64,000 nucleotides of DNA from Patescibacteria group bacterium (GCA_034658935.1 JAYEGE010000008.1:3400-67399), one strand, 5' to 3'; shown: positions 1 to 9,570, counted from the first letter of the stretch. The notes: generated by a model from the sequence alone, not told the origin. A program made the numbers and translations.

Positions 1-255
1 GATCTTATTCCCCGAATTCGGGCTGGCCTCGAGGTTAAGACCGAGGCAGGACCGCAAGCACTTCGGGAAGTTCACAAATCAGTAAGTATGCTCACGGGTG
101 GATCAAACGAGGGTGGTAGCGCCAAGGAGGGCCAATCGGCTCCAGTCATTGCGCCATCTGGCCCCCGCGTTGGCCGCAACGAGCCCTGCCCTTGTGGTAG
201 TGGTAAGAAATACAAGCATTGTGGCTTAGTTGAGGCCCCGGAGCACAAGGCCTAG
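1..255 (+). CDS. secA: SecA C-terminus with SEC-C zinc motif (5' partial)
   Basis: Frame 1 reads ...[21 protein letters not shown]...KA*, the SEC-C motif; stop at 253-255. Confidence 0.85.
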   Translation, partial: DLIPRIRAGLEVKTEAGPQALREVHKSVSMLTGGSNEGGSAKEGQSAPVIAPSGPRVGRNEPCPCGSGKKYKHCGLVEAPEHKA

Positions 256-498
256 CCCCCGCTGTAGTAAAAGACATCTGTCCTATAAGGCAATGTCCCA
301 TAGAAAGACCGAGCCAGGGCTCCTTTTAGGAGCTTTTTGTGTGCGAGGCGTACAAAATAAGGGGTAGGGGGCTTGCGTTTTTGGCGCCTCTATGTTAGTT
401 ACTGAAGTAGGTGATTGTTCTTTGACTAGCTCTTTTTTGGTTCTCCGCAAGACGGGGACAGTTTCCTTTTTATTAACTGCACTAAACGCTTAACGTTT

Positions 499-1791
499 AT
501 GACCAAAAAGAGCAGTCTACTCTTTGGTTTTGTTCGCAATATCACTCAAACTATTTTAATACTGGCTTCGGTCGGGTTATTGGTCGTAGCGTTACCTGGG
601 CGTTTACATGCAGAGGATGGAGCAGTACTTATTGGGGACACCATTAGGCCGCTAGCTATTAGCGCTGAGTTCAGCGGTTCCCCGGTCGAAGAAAATCACA
701 ACACTGGCGAGAATGTTTTCACTACCACTGGTAGTTCTACAGATGATATTGGCGAAAATATCTTCACCACTGCTACCGCGGACGATGACAGGCCTTTGGC
801 CATTAGTGAAGAGTTTGGTGGTTCTACCACTGGTGACGACGGTGGCGAGAACACTTTCACCACTTTGGCTAATGGTGGTAGCGATGATGACCCTGAGGAC
901 TGTGTTAGTGGTTGTGGTGGAGGTAGTGGAGGCGGCCCTATCCATCGCCGCCCGGATCCCAAGCCAGTCGATCTTCCTGCCCCCTGTGTCCCATATTTAC
1001 TCGATTTCATAAAATTAGGCCGCGACAACGACAGGATCGAAGTACTGAAACTTCAATCTTTTCTGCGTACCTTTGAGGGTCTGGAGGTCCCACTCTCTGG
1101 AGTCTATGACCAGGTCACCTATGAGGCCGTTAAGGTTTTCCAATCCCGATATAGCAATGATGTTTTAGGGCCTTGGGGCATTGGCGAGTCTACCGGGTAC
1201 GTTTTTATAACCACTCGCTTGGCTATTAATAATATTTATTGTAGCCGTACCACTGCCAATAATCTTAATTTGCGTAATTTCTACCCAAGCTATGGCGAGT
1301 ACCAAGACTTGGACGAGGGGGTGATAAAAGAAACAGAAACCAATCTAGAAGACATTGACCTCCCCGTTGTTCCGATTGACCTGATGGGTCAAGCTGGTCC
1401 TGGAGAAGGGGTTCCTATACGTAATTTTTTCCAAGCGGCGGCGCTCGGCTTCCTCGATTGGTTAGATTTCAGTCATTTCCTTAATCTAGTCTTTCTACTC
1501 ATAGTTATTCTCGTGTTGTGGTGGGTCATTAAACTAAAACAAGAGATCAACGAAGTTGAACAAGATAAATTTAATACCGGCCGGCCGATTCCTCCAATAG
1601 AACTCCCCGCGGCTTCGACAGAAGACGAGCCTGACGAAATGGAAGAGGGGGTTCTCAAGGATCTAGATAACAGTGAGGGTGACGAATGGTTAGGCGATGA
1701 GATCGGAGACCAATTACCCCTTGGTGACCCCGATGATTCTGACTTACCTCTAGGCCCAGTTGAGGATTCTGAGCTTGACAATAAACAATAA
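499..1791 (+). CDS. Membrane-anchored surface protein with peptidoglycan-binding-like domain, N-terminal short repeats and acidic tail
   Basis: Signal peptide; IKLGRDNDRIEVLKLQSFL...YDQVTYEAVKVFQ resembles PG_binding_1; C-terminal TM helix. Confidence 0.7.
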   Translation: MTKKSSLLFGFVRNITQTILILASVGLLVVALPGRLHAEDGAVLIGDTIRPLAISAEFSGSPVEENHNTGENVFTTTGSSTDDIGENIFTTATADDDRPLAISEEFGGSTTGDDGGENTFTTLANGGSDDDPEDCVSGCGGGSGGGPIHRRPDPKPVDLPAPCVPYLLDFIKLGRDNDRIEVLKLQSFLRTFEGLEVPLSGVYDQVTYEAVKVFQSRYSNDVLGPWGIGESTGYVFITTRLAINNIYCSRTTANNLNLRNFYPSYGEYQDLDEGVIKETETNLEDIDLPVVPIDLMGQAGPGEGVPIRNFFQAAALGFLDWLDFSHFLNLVFLLIVILVLWWVIKLKQEINEVEQDKFNTGRPIPPIELPAASTEDEPDEMEEGVLKDLDNSEGDEWLGDEIGDQLPLGDPDDSDLPLGPVEDSELDNKQ

Positions 1792-1905
1792 ATACACTAG
1801 TTATTAAGAGGGAGTTCTTTTACAAAACAGGGAAGAACTGTTCTTAGGAAATGCCACGGATGTTCCGTGGCTAGTCAGGTGTTTCTCAGAGAAAGGAGGC
1901 CTGCG

Positions 1906-3777
1906 ATGGCCAGAAAGTTTACGTTGATCGCTGTGGTTTTGGGTACGGTTTTTGGTCTGGGGGCAGGATGTCCACCCCACCTCGATGTGACGCCTGTAGT
2001 GCCACTACATGTCGGCATTGAGGCGCTTGACTCCGATACTGGTGAGCCACTGGAGGTTGATGGGGCGCGACGACTTGAAGTGTCGGTTGGCACTTTGGTG
2101 CATTTTGTGCCGATAGAGGTGTCGCCTCCGGCCCAAGGCGGGGGCGTTGCCGACCAGGATGCTAGTCCGGCTGGACTAGCATCTAAGCCGAAGGGGGCTG
2201 CTTTGAACAAGCTGCCTTTTTCGGAAGCGACTTTCCATTGGCGAGTCTCGAGCGAGAGTGTTCCTCGGGAATCGACCTATGACTTCAATTACACGTTTGC
2301 AACCGCGGGCGTGTATGAAGTGGCCTTGCTCCGGGTTGACGTTCATTACGTTAACCCATTGGTGATTAGTCAGGATAAAGCCAGGTTACAAGTGGTGGTA
2401 TCAGAGGAGCCGATTGTGCTTCCTCCGATTCCTCCTCCACCGGTGCCTGACCCAGGGCCGCCATTTTTTACTGGCGGTGTTGAGATCAATGGCCTGATTT
2501 TCTTTGACGGCGAGTTCAGTCTCGGTGCCGGAGAGACTCTGCGCATTGATGGCACGGGCGTGGTTAGTGGGGGGCGTTTGCCCTACACGATCCAGGTGAT
2601 TGGTTCAGACGGAACCGTCTTGGCCGAGAGTTTGGGATTGAAGTTGGACTGGACGCCAACGGAGTCGGGTACTTACACCATCCGTGTCATCGATGCGGAT
2701 GGTCGGACGCTCGATTTGGTGATTGTGCTGATTCTGATCTGCCCACCAGATTCGCCCGTGCCACCCATTCCGCCTACCCCCACCGTTAACCTGAAAATCA
2801 ACGGTGGGGACGGGCCACTAGAGCTTGTTACTCTAGCGCCAGGAGGAGTCTCGGCCAACCTCAGGTTGTCCTGGGGTTCATCTGACGCTGAAACCTTAGT
2901 CGCCTCGAGCGCCTGGTCTGGTAGCAAGTCTCTCAGTGGAACAGAAACCGTCAACGGCTTGCCGGCAGGTGACTACCTTTTTACCTTAGCGGCGACCGGT
3001 GATGGCGGTACGGCGACGGATAGCGTGGGAGTCCACGTTGTTGATCCGGCGCCGAATCTCTATCGCCTGAGGGTGACCCATACTGGCGGTGGAGACGTTA
3101 GGATTTCTCCCGCAGGTGATGGTGGTTATGAAGAAGGAGTGGTTGTCACTCTGACGGCTGTTCCCGAAACAGGCTATCGCTTCGTTGATTGGGGGGGTGA
3201 TCTGTCGGGATCGACGAGTCCTACCTCTATCACTATGGATGGTAACAAGGCGGTTACAGCGAGCTTTGCTCGCCTGACCTACGCCATTACCGCCAGTGCT
3301 GAACTTGGAGGCAGCATCGATCCTGAGGGCATCGTAATGGTCGCCCATGGCGACGACCAGCGTTTCGATTTCGTGCCCGACCCGGGCTATGAGATATTCA
3401 TGCTCTGGGTTGACGGTTTGATGGCTGATGTGGCTCTGTCTTACACATTTACCGACATGGCGACGGGTCACAACATTAGCGTGACTTTCCGGGAAATCGT
3501 TCCCCGGCCTCTGATGGCAGAGATTGTCTCGCCGGAGAATGGCACACACCATGATGTCGGCGATGAGATAATTTTCAGGGCCGAGACAAGTGGTGGTACG
3601 CCGCCTTACACTTACCATTGGTTGTTTCCAGACGGCAGTAACGTCTGGACCGACCAGGCGGGCCTTGGACACGTGTTCGATTTCGAAATCCAGAACGGGT
3701 CTGTCTATATGCAGGCTCGAGACGGAGCCGGGCTCTTGAGTCCGGTAACCCAAACCATCATCTGGGTTTACCCGTAA
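1906..3777 (+). CDS. Predicted lipoprotein with Ig/PKD-like and InlB B-repeat-like domains
   Basis: AAAGGAGG upstream of ATG 1906; lipobox GAGC; VTLTAVPETGYRFVDWGGD B-repeat motif; C-terminal GGTPPYTYHW PKD motif. Confidence 0.75.
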   Translation: MARKFTLIAVVLGTVFGLGAGCPPHLDVTPVVPLHVGIEALDSDTGEPLEVDGARRLEVSVGTLVHFVPIEVSPPAQGGGVADQDASPAGLASKPKGAALNKLPFSEATFHWRVSSESVPRESTYDFNYTFATAGVYEVALLRVDVHYVNPLVISQDKARLQVVVSEEPIVLPPIPPPPVPDPGPPFFTGGVEINGLIFFDGEFSLGAGETLRIDGTGVVSGGRLPYTIQVIGSDGTVLAESLGLKLDWTPTESGTYTIRVIDADGRTLDLVIVLILICPPDSPVPPIPPTPTVNLKINGGDGPLELVTLAPGGVSANLRLSWGSSDAETLVASSAWSGSKSLSGTETVNGLPAGDYLFTLAATGDGGTATDSVGVHVVDPAPNLYRLRVTHTGGGDVRISPAGDGGYEEGVVVTLTAVPETGYRFVDWGGDLSGSTSPTSITMDGNKAVTASFARLTYAITASAELGGSIDPEGIVMVAHGDDQRFDFVPDPGYEIFMLWVDGLMADVALSYTFTDMATGHNISVTFREIVPRPLMAEIVSPENGTHHDVGDEIIFRAETSGGTPPYTYHWLFPDGSNVWTDQAGLGHVFDFEIQNGSVYMQARDGAGLLSPVTQTIIWVYP

Positions 3778-3799
3778 TTCTTCCCTGTTTTCCCCTTCC

Positions 3800-3845
3800 A
3801 ACCCCTTCCTCAGCTTGCGAGCTGGGTGAAGGGGTTGCTTTTTTA
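3800..3845 (+). terminator. Rho-independent terminator
   Basis: AACCCCTTC...GAAGGGGTT stem followed by a T run. Confidence 0.6.
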
Positions 3846-3900
3846 TATAGATGTGTTAGCTATGGAGCATTAGGGTATTAGTAATGTGTTTATAAATTAA

Positions 3901-5112
3901 ATGAATAATATGTTGAAAAATATAGGTTTAATGGCCTTGGTGGCGGTATTGACTGCTACTATGGTGCTACCTGCGAGTATTGCTGTGGCCAACGATGATT
4001 TGGCGACCAGTATTATTTCGCCAAACAATGCTGCTGTTTTTGAGGTGGGGGAAGACATCACTTTCTCTGGTCAGGCGACTGGCGGTGAGGCTCCTTACGC
4101 TTTTGTTTGGAATTTTGGTGACGGCACCGAGGGTGGCGGCCAGAATTTCACCAGGGCTTACTCTGAGGCAGGCGATATGGTAGTGACCCTTACTGTTACT
4201 GACTTCGCCGATAGTACTTCTGAAGTGAGTCATACGATTACCATCAATGAGGCGCCTGTCAATGCTCCTACCGTTGATTTGAAGGTTAATAATGAGGATG
4301 GTCCTGTAACTATCATCGAAGGCACGGTGGCCACTCTTAGTTGGTCTACCACTGACGCTACTGAGTGTGTTGCTTCTGGTGCCTGGTCTGGTGATAAGTC
4401 TATTGGTGATTCGGAGTCTTTCGATGATCTAGTTGCTGGTACTTATGCCTATATTTTGACCTGTACTGGCTTTGGCGGTTTGGCTAATGATTCGGTGACA
4501 GTAAACGTTGAGGAGATTGTTGATCCTACAGATACTACGCCTCCTACAGTGCCGACTATCACCTTCGCCTCTCATAACGAGGGTGAGACCTCAGCTGATA
4601 CTACTGCCAAGATTTCTTGGACCGAGTCTGCAGATGAGGGTTCTGGTTTAGCCGGCTACTCCTTCCTCTGGGATCATGGTTCTGACACTGCTCCTGATAG
4701 TACTATTGATTCTACTATTACCACTTATACTCAAGCTCTCGGTAATGGCACTTGGTACTTTCATATTGTCGCTCTCGACAATGCGGGCAATGTGTCTAGT
4801 CCGGTAACTCATTACGGTCCGATTACCATTGAGGTCGGGGATGTATTGCCGCCAGTGATCAGTAATATTCGAGTAACCGATATTACCCAGACTGGTGCCA
4901 CTATCCGCTGGGATACCGACAAGCCAGCTAATAGCCGGGTGATCTACGATACAGTTTCTCACTCAGACATCAGTGGCGAGTCCGAGCCTAATTTCGGTTA
5001 TGCTTTTTCGAGTGAGACCCTCAACGAGGACCCTCTTGTGACTGAGCATGCTGTAACTTTGACTGGCTTGACTGCTGATACCCAGTACTTCTTCCGCGTC
5101 TTATCTCGCTGA
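3901..5112 (+). CDS. Secreted PKD / Ig / FN3 domain surface protein
   Basis: Signal peptide; WNFGDG PKD motif; DTTPP linker; C-terminal FN3-like ATIRWDTDKPANSRVIY...YFFRV. Confidence 0.8.
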   Translation: MNNMLKNIGLMALVAVLTATMVLPASIAVANDDLATSIISPNNAAVFEVGEDITFSGQATGGEAPYAFVWNFGDGTEGGGQNFTRAYSEAGDMVVTLTVTDFADSTSEVSHTITINEAPVNAPTVDLKVNNEDGPVTIIEGTVATLSWSTTDATECVASGAWSGDKSIGDSESFDDLVAGTYAYILTCTGFGGLANDSVTVNVEEIVDPTDTTPPTVPTITFASHNEGETSADTTAKISWTESADEGSGLAGYSFLWDHGSDTAPDSTIDSTITTYTQALGNGTWYFHIVALDNAGNVSSPVTHYGPITIEVGDVLPPVISNIRVTDITQTGATIRWDTDKPANSRVIYDTVSHSDISGESEPNFGYAFSSETLNEDPLVTEHAVTLTGLTADTQYFFRVLSR

Positions 5113-5137
5113 CTTTCTTTTAGCGCACTGCGCACAA

Positions 5138-5183
5138 ACAAAATCACCCTGATCCGCTGTGGCGGATCAGGGTGATTTTGTTT
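5138..5183. terminator. Bidirectional hairpin terminator
   Basis: ACAAAATCACCCTGATCCGC-TGTG-GCGGATCAGGGTGATTTTGT perfect inverted repeat. Confidence 0.7.
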
Positions 5184-5214
5184 TGTCGCTGGGTGCATGT
5201 TAGATTGAATCTAT

Positions 5215-6144
5215 ATGCCGGAATTAAAAATGCAAACAAATGTAGACCTTAGCCACTTCACTACTTTCGGAGTCGGTGGTACGGCAAGGTACTATGTACT
5301 CGCGGCGACACCGGGGGAGTTGATTCAGGCTCTTGAGTTGGCGTGCGAGAACGGCTGGCCCTATGTCGTCTTGGCGGGCGGTAGCAATATGTTGTTCCCT
5401 GATGCTGGTTACAAAGGGCTAGTAATACATTACTTGAACACTGGCGCCGAGCTAGCAATCGGCGGTACTAAAATCAAAGTGGGGGCCTCTCTCCCCCTTG
5501 CTTCGCTTGTTGATGGGGCGATAAAGGTGGGGTTGGCTGGCCTCGAGGCGCTCTCTGGTATTCCTGGTACGGTGGGGGGCGCTATTGTTGGCAATGCCGG
5601 TGCTTATGGACAGAGTATTTCCGACCACTTAACCCGAGTGGAAGTTTTCGACATGGTTTCTGGTGTGCGGCACTTAAGTAAAGGGGAGTGCGAGTTTGCT
5701 TATCGAAATAGTATTTTTAAAAAAGATCGAAACTTATTTGTGCTGCGGGCGGAATTTGGATTAGGGAGAGGGGATGGCGGGGCGCTTCACCAGAAGTCTG
5801 AAGAGATCATTGCGACCCGAGAGAAGAAATATCCACCTACTCTTAAGTGCCCAGGCAGTTTCTTCAAGAATGTGTTGGTGAAAGATGTTTCGTCGGAGTC
5901 GCTTAAGCTAATAGATCAATCAAAAATAATCGATGATAAGATCCCTACCGGCTATTTGTTAGAAGAAGTTGGCGCCAAGGATATGCGCCAAGGTGGCGCT
6001 TACGTTGCCGATTACCATAGTAATTTAATTATTAACGATGGCACAGCTAGTTATAAGGATGTGATGACCCTGTCTACCGAACTTAAAAAACTAGTCAAAG
6101 ACAAATTTAATATTACACTTGAGGAGGAGGTGCGGTTATGTTAG
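5215..6144 (+). CDS. murB: UDP-N-acetylmuramate dehydrogenase
   Basis: GGSN, GIPGTVGGAIVGNAGAYG, GSFFKN and LEEEV motifs. Confidence 0.95.
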   Translation: MPELKMQTNVDLSHFTTFGVGGTARYYVLAATPGELIQALELACENGWPYVVLAGGSNMLFPDAGYKGLVIHYLNTGAELAIGGTKIKVGASLPLASLVDGAIKVGLAGLEALSGIPGTVGGAIVGNAGAYGQSISDHLTRVEVFDMVSGVRHLSKGECEFAYRNSIFKKDRNLFVLRAEFGLGRGDGGALHQKSEEIIATREKKYPPTLKCPGSFFKNVLVKDVSSESLKLIDQSKIIDDKIPTGYLLEEVGAKDMRQGGAYVADYHSNLIINDGTASYKDVMTLSTELKKLVKDKFNITLEEEVRLC

Positions 6145-6189
6145 CTTCTTTTTTTGTACTCAAAATCGTGATAAAATGGCGCCACTAGT

Positions 6190-7605
6190 ATGGAATACAA
6201 GCCAACGATTGGGCTAGAAATCCACGCAGAGCTGAAGACCCGGACCAAGATGTTCTGTGGTTGTAAGAATGACCCAAACGAGGAGCGGCCCAATACGAAT
6301 ATCTGTCCGGTCTGTATGGCTCACCCCGGTACCCTGCCGGTGATTAATAAGGAGGCAGTGCGGCAAGTCTTGCGAGTTGGTGTAGCCCTTGGGGGCGAGT
6401 TGGCATTAAAATTTTCGGAGTTTGATCGTAAGAATTACTTCTACCCCGACATCTCTAAGGGTTATCAGATTTCTCAATACAAATACCCGTTAGTCGCTGG
6501 TGGCGAATTAGCCGGAGTGGCTATTACTCGAGTGCATCTTGAAGAAGATACTGCTACTTCTAAACACAGGGGCGATCATTCCTTGGTTGATTTCAATCGA
6601 GCCGGGGTGCCATTGATGGAGCTGGTTACCGAGCCGGTGATTAATTTGGCCAAGCAGGCGGGGGATTTTGCTCGTGAACTCCAGCTTCTCTTACGCTATC
6701 TCAACGCTTCCGACGCCAATATGGAGAAAGGGGAGATGCGGGTGGAAGCGAATATCTCGGTAAGTAAAGACGACAAATTCGGGACGAAAGTCGAAGTAAA
6801 AAATCTTAACTCCTTCAAGATCGCGGAGAAGGCGATTGAATATGAAATCAAGCGTCAGCAGGAAGTCTTAGAAGCTGGCGAGGAAGTAGTCCAGGAGACG
6901 CGTGGTTGGGATGAGACCAAGGGAGCAACTTTCTCACAAAGGAAGAAGGAATCTTCTCATGATTATCGCTATTTCCCTGAGCCAGACTTACCAAAATTAA
7001 AATTGGGTGAGGTAGAAGAGTTTAAACCGGAGAGTCTACTTAAAACTCTGCCCGAGCTACCTTGGCAGAAGCGAGAACGCTACCGAAAAGATTACGGGAT
7101 TAAAGAGAGTGATATTGAGATTTTGGTGGCCGATCCAGTACTTGATGAATTTTTCGAAGCTGTAGTAGCCGATTTAGGGAGAGACAAGCAGATGGTTCAA
7201 CTGGCGGCTAATTACCTAATCTCCGATGTCTTAGGGAAGATGAAGGTTAAGGCCGATCTTGGATTACCGCCACATGCTGATTTTACTTCGCTCATTAAGC
7301 TAGTGGCCGAGAATGAAGTCTCTTCGCGTGGCGCGAAAGATATTTTAGAAATCATGCTGGTGAGCGGGGAAGCGACTGGCCCCAAAAAAATTGCTGAAGA
7401 AAAAGGACTCTTTCAACAGAGCGACACTGATGCCTTAGGAAAAATTATTGATCGGGTTATTGATGAAAACCAAAAGGCGGCTGATGAATACAGGGCTGGC
7501 AAAGAAACTGCTTTGCAGTTCCTGGTTGGCCAGGGAATGAGACTCTCTAAAGGTTCGGCTAATCCTGGAGTGTTGAAGGAGTTGTTGGTCGAGAAGCTGA
7601 CATAG
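6190..7605 (+). CDS. gatB: Asp-tRNA(Asn)/Glu-tRNA(Gln) amidotransferase subunit B
   Basis: IGLEIHAEL, FDRKNYFYPD and DYRYFPEPDLP motifs. Confidence 0.97.
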   Translation: MEYKPTIGLEIHAELKTRTKMFCGCKNDPNEERPNTNICPVCMAHPGTLPVINKEAVRQVLRVGVALGGELALKFSEFDRKNYFYPDISKGYQISQYKYPLVAGGELAGVAITRVHLEEDTATSKHRGDHSLVDFNRAGVPLMELVTEPVINLAKQAGDFARELQLLLRYLNASDANMEKGEMRVEANISVSKDDKFGTKVEVKNLNSFKIAEKAIEYEIKRQQEVLEAGEEVVQETRGWDETKGATFSQRKKESSHDYRYFPEPDLPKLKLGEVEEFKPESLLKTLPELPWQKRERYRKDYGIKESDIEILVADPVLDEFFEAVVADLGRDKQMVQLAANYLISDVLGKMKVKADLGLPPHADFTSLIKLVAENEVSSRGAKDILEIMLVSGEATGPKKIAEEKGLFQQSDTDALGKIIDRVIDENQKAADEYRAGKETALQFLVGQGMRLSKGSANPGVLKELLVEKLT

Positions 7606-7641
7606 AGCTAAAAATAGAGCTAAAACGGGACGATCCTAAAA

Positions 7642-7889
7642 CCCGCAAACTAATCAAGACCTCCGCAACACTTCCTGTGGAGTCTGGTAATTAATCCCCA
7701 TGTGCGTTCTCTTGTTATTGTGGTAATTCAAGTAGGTTGGCAGGGCTTTCTTGTTCGCACACTCCAACCTCGTCTTACTAACTCTACTGCCTGCCCCCTT
7801 ACCTTGGGGATGTTGGGATTTTTAGTATATGCCATATTGTGGCTTATTTTAGCCCCTTAAGTGGTCCCAAGGCAGTGAACCATTGCGGG
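7642..7889 (-). mobile_element. Internally deleted IS481/IS3-like insertion sequence relic (MITE-like)
   Basis: Minus strand ATG 7835 gives MAYTKNPNIPKVRGQAVELVRRGWSVR (HTH-like start), joined out of frame to KALPTYLNYHNNKRTHMGINYQTPQEVLRRS* (integrase-core C-terminus, stop 7654); imperfect inverted ends CCCGCAA...CACTT. Confidence 0.65.
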
Positions 7890-7892
7890 GAG

Positions 7893-7921
7893 TTGACATT
7901 TATACCAACATGATGTAGTCT
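7893..7921 (+). promoter_or_regulatory. Sigma70-like promoter for the DGR target gene
   Basis: TTGACA-17 nt-TAGTCT; purine-rich SD AGGAAAGGGAG before ATG 8002. Confidence 0.5.
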
Positions 7922-8001
7922 TTATGTAGATACATTGTCAGGCCTGAAAAGACAACCGAGGTGTTCTCGATTGTTCTGGATGGGCCAAAAAGGAAAGGGA
8001 G

Positions 8002-8742
8002 ATGATGACGATGAGTACATCGATCACATCGACTGAAGGTTCGGGGATCACGCGGGGACAGAGGGAGTCTTGTACAGAGTTGATCACTCATGCCGCCCGT
8101 AAAGCGGCGACAGCAGCGATCAACGACCTTGAGGCCAACGGCGTACTCGACAAGGAGAACATCGAACGGGTCAGAGCCCGAGGAAACGAGGTGGTTGCCG
8201 CGATCACTGCGACAGTTAAGGCGAAATTCGCTGAGATCGCCGACAACGTCGCCGGTTACCTCCGCCTTATCTCCGGGGCTGAGACTATCACCCTCGACCC
8301 AACCGACGGGCAGGCAACCATCGCCAGGGCGGAGAATGTCTTCACTGACCGGATTGGCGGTGATTTCCGGGACTACTACGGCATTGACGTGCCTGGTCAG
8401 CCTACTATGGAGACCAAGGTCCAGGTCCACGAGATGGTCAAGGATGGCAACTTCAGGAGGATCTTTGGCGGCCTGTCAGAGAAGCTCGATGCCTTGAAGT
8501 TCGAGCAGAACCAGATCATCCAGTTCTGTCAGAAACACCGCCGGTGGCTCCGCACCGGCGGCTACGCCACCTTCTTCCTTTTCAAGGTGAAGGGTGAGTT
8601 CTTCGTGGCGCACGTCCGCTACTACGCCGGTGGCTACCTCGGGGTTGACGGGGGCCGCTTCTCGTACGACTATGTCTGGGGTGCTGACCACCGGCATCGG
8701 GTGGTCGTTCCGCAACTGCCCCTTGGCCCCTCTGACTCCTGA
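8002..8742 (+). CDS. DGR target (variable) protein with C-terminal variable repeat
   Basis: Nucleotides 8596-8717 at the 3' end are repeated at 9047-9168, next to avd and RT genes; aromatic-rich C-terminus. Confidence 0.88.
   Translation: MMTMSTSITSTEGSGITRGQRESCTELITHAARKAATAAINDLEANGVLDKENIERVRARGNEVVAAITATVKAKFAEIADNVAGYLRLISGAETITLDPTDGQATIARAENVFTDRIGGDFRDYYGIDVPGQPTMETKVQVHEMVKDGNFRRIFGGLSEKLDALKFEQNQIIQFCQKHRRWLRTGGYATFFLFKVKGEFFVAHVRYYAGGYLGVDGGRFSYDYVWGADHRHRVVVPQLPLGPSDS
8596..8717 (+). repeat. DGR variable repeat (VR)
   Basis: 8596-8712 identical to 9047-9163, then CAACT versus AAACT. Confidence 0.9.
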
Positions 8743-8777
8743 TCCCTTGATCCTTTGTTCGCCTCTGGCGGACTCGG

Positions 8778-8818
8778 TCCCTCTGATTGGCCAAATTGGC
8801 TAGTCGGGGGGATTTTTG
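8778..8818 (+). terminator. Hairpin downstream of VR (terminator and/or DGR target-recognition hairpin)
   Basis: TCCCTCTGATTGGCCA-AAT-TGGCTAGTCGGGGGGA with G-U pairs, followed by TTTTT. Confidence 0.55.
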
Positions 8819-9046
8819 TATATTGATGGATGCATTTATTCAAATATCGCGGCTATGGCTCCGGTACAATGAATGTGTAAGGATAGGTTTGAGAGTTCTG
8901 TCGTCTAATTGATTGCAGAAGAGTAGGTCTATTTTTGCTAAACAAAAAATAATCAGTTGGTGCGATGAATTGGCGGACTTCTAGGTCCCAGATAAGATTC
9001 AATCTGTCATGATTTGGCAGATGGTATTAAAGGTGATTTATCGGCC

Positions 9047-9168
9047 GAGTTCTTCGTGGCGCACGTCCGCTACTACGCCGGTGGCTACCTCGGGGTTGAC
9101 GGGGGCCGCTTCTCGTACGACTATGTCTGGGGTGCTGACCACCGGCATCGGGTGGTCGTTCCGAAACT
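9047..9168 (+). repeat. DGR template repeat (TR), adenine-depleted
   Basis: Second copy of the VR, located between the target gene and avd/RT. Confidence 0.88.
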
Positions 9169-9170
9169 TG

Positions 9171-9526
9171 TTATTTCTCTCGCTGCTTGTTGGCGAGAGT
9201 TTTCTTTTGCAGACCCTTTTCCCAGCCGCCGAGTTGTCTGCCCACCTCTTCTAATTTGGTTATTAAGTCAGAGTATTTGCTCGTTGCTATTATCTTGCTT
9301 TCCCAGGCTAATTGAGTGAAAAATTTTAACGAGTCTAGTTTGGCGATTGCTCTGCTTAGCACTATGATTTTGGATTCTGGTGACAGATAAATTGAAGTAA
9401 AGACAAGGTCTAGAACATCAAGAAACATTTGTTCTATCTTTTGTCTCAAACCACCCTTTCCACTCTAGGGAGGTTGCGGTGAATTGGCAGCCAGAACTGA
9501 TAAGCTTCCTTCATTTTGAGAAGCAC
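9171..9526 (-). pseudogene. avd: DGR accessory variability determinant (Avd, four-helix bundle), frameshifted
   Basis: VLLKMKEAYQFWLPIHRNLPRVER, then a frameshift near 9450-9456 into GLRQKIEQMFLDVLDLVF...KLEEVGRQLGGW (Avd-type C-terminal motif). Confidence 0.8.
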
Positions 9527-9570
9527 TGCCGGTGCTTCTCAAAGGGGGGGGTATTGGTAGAATTATTAGT

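Noticed and set aside
2986-3801. 271-aa minus-strand ORF and other long antisense ORFs
   Set aside because: Shadows of well-supported genes on the opposite strand
7640-7830. 6S RNA or another ncRNA after gatB
   Set aside because: Better explained by transposase N- and C-terminal peptides on the minus strand
9009-9319. ORFs 9009-9254 and 9014-9319 as protein genes
   Set aside because: They are readings of the template repeat and the antisense strand of avd
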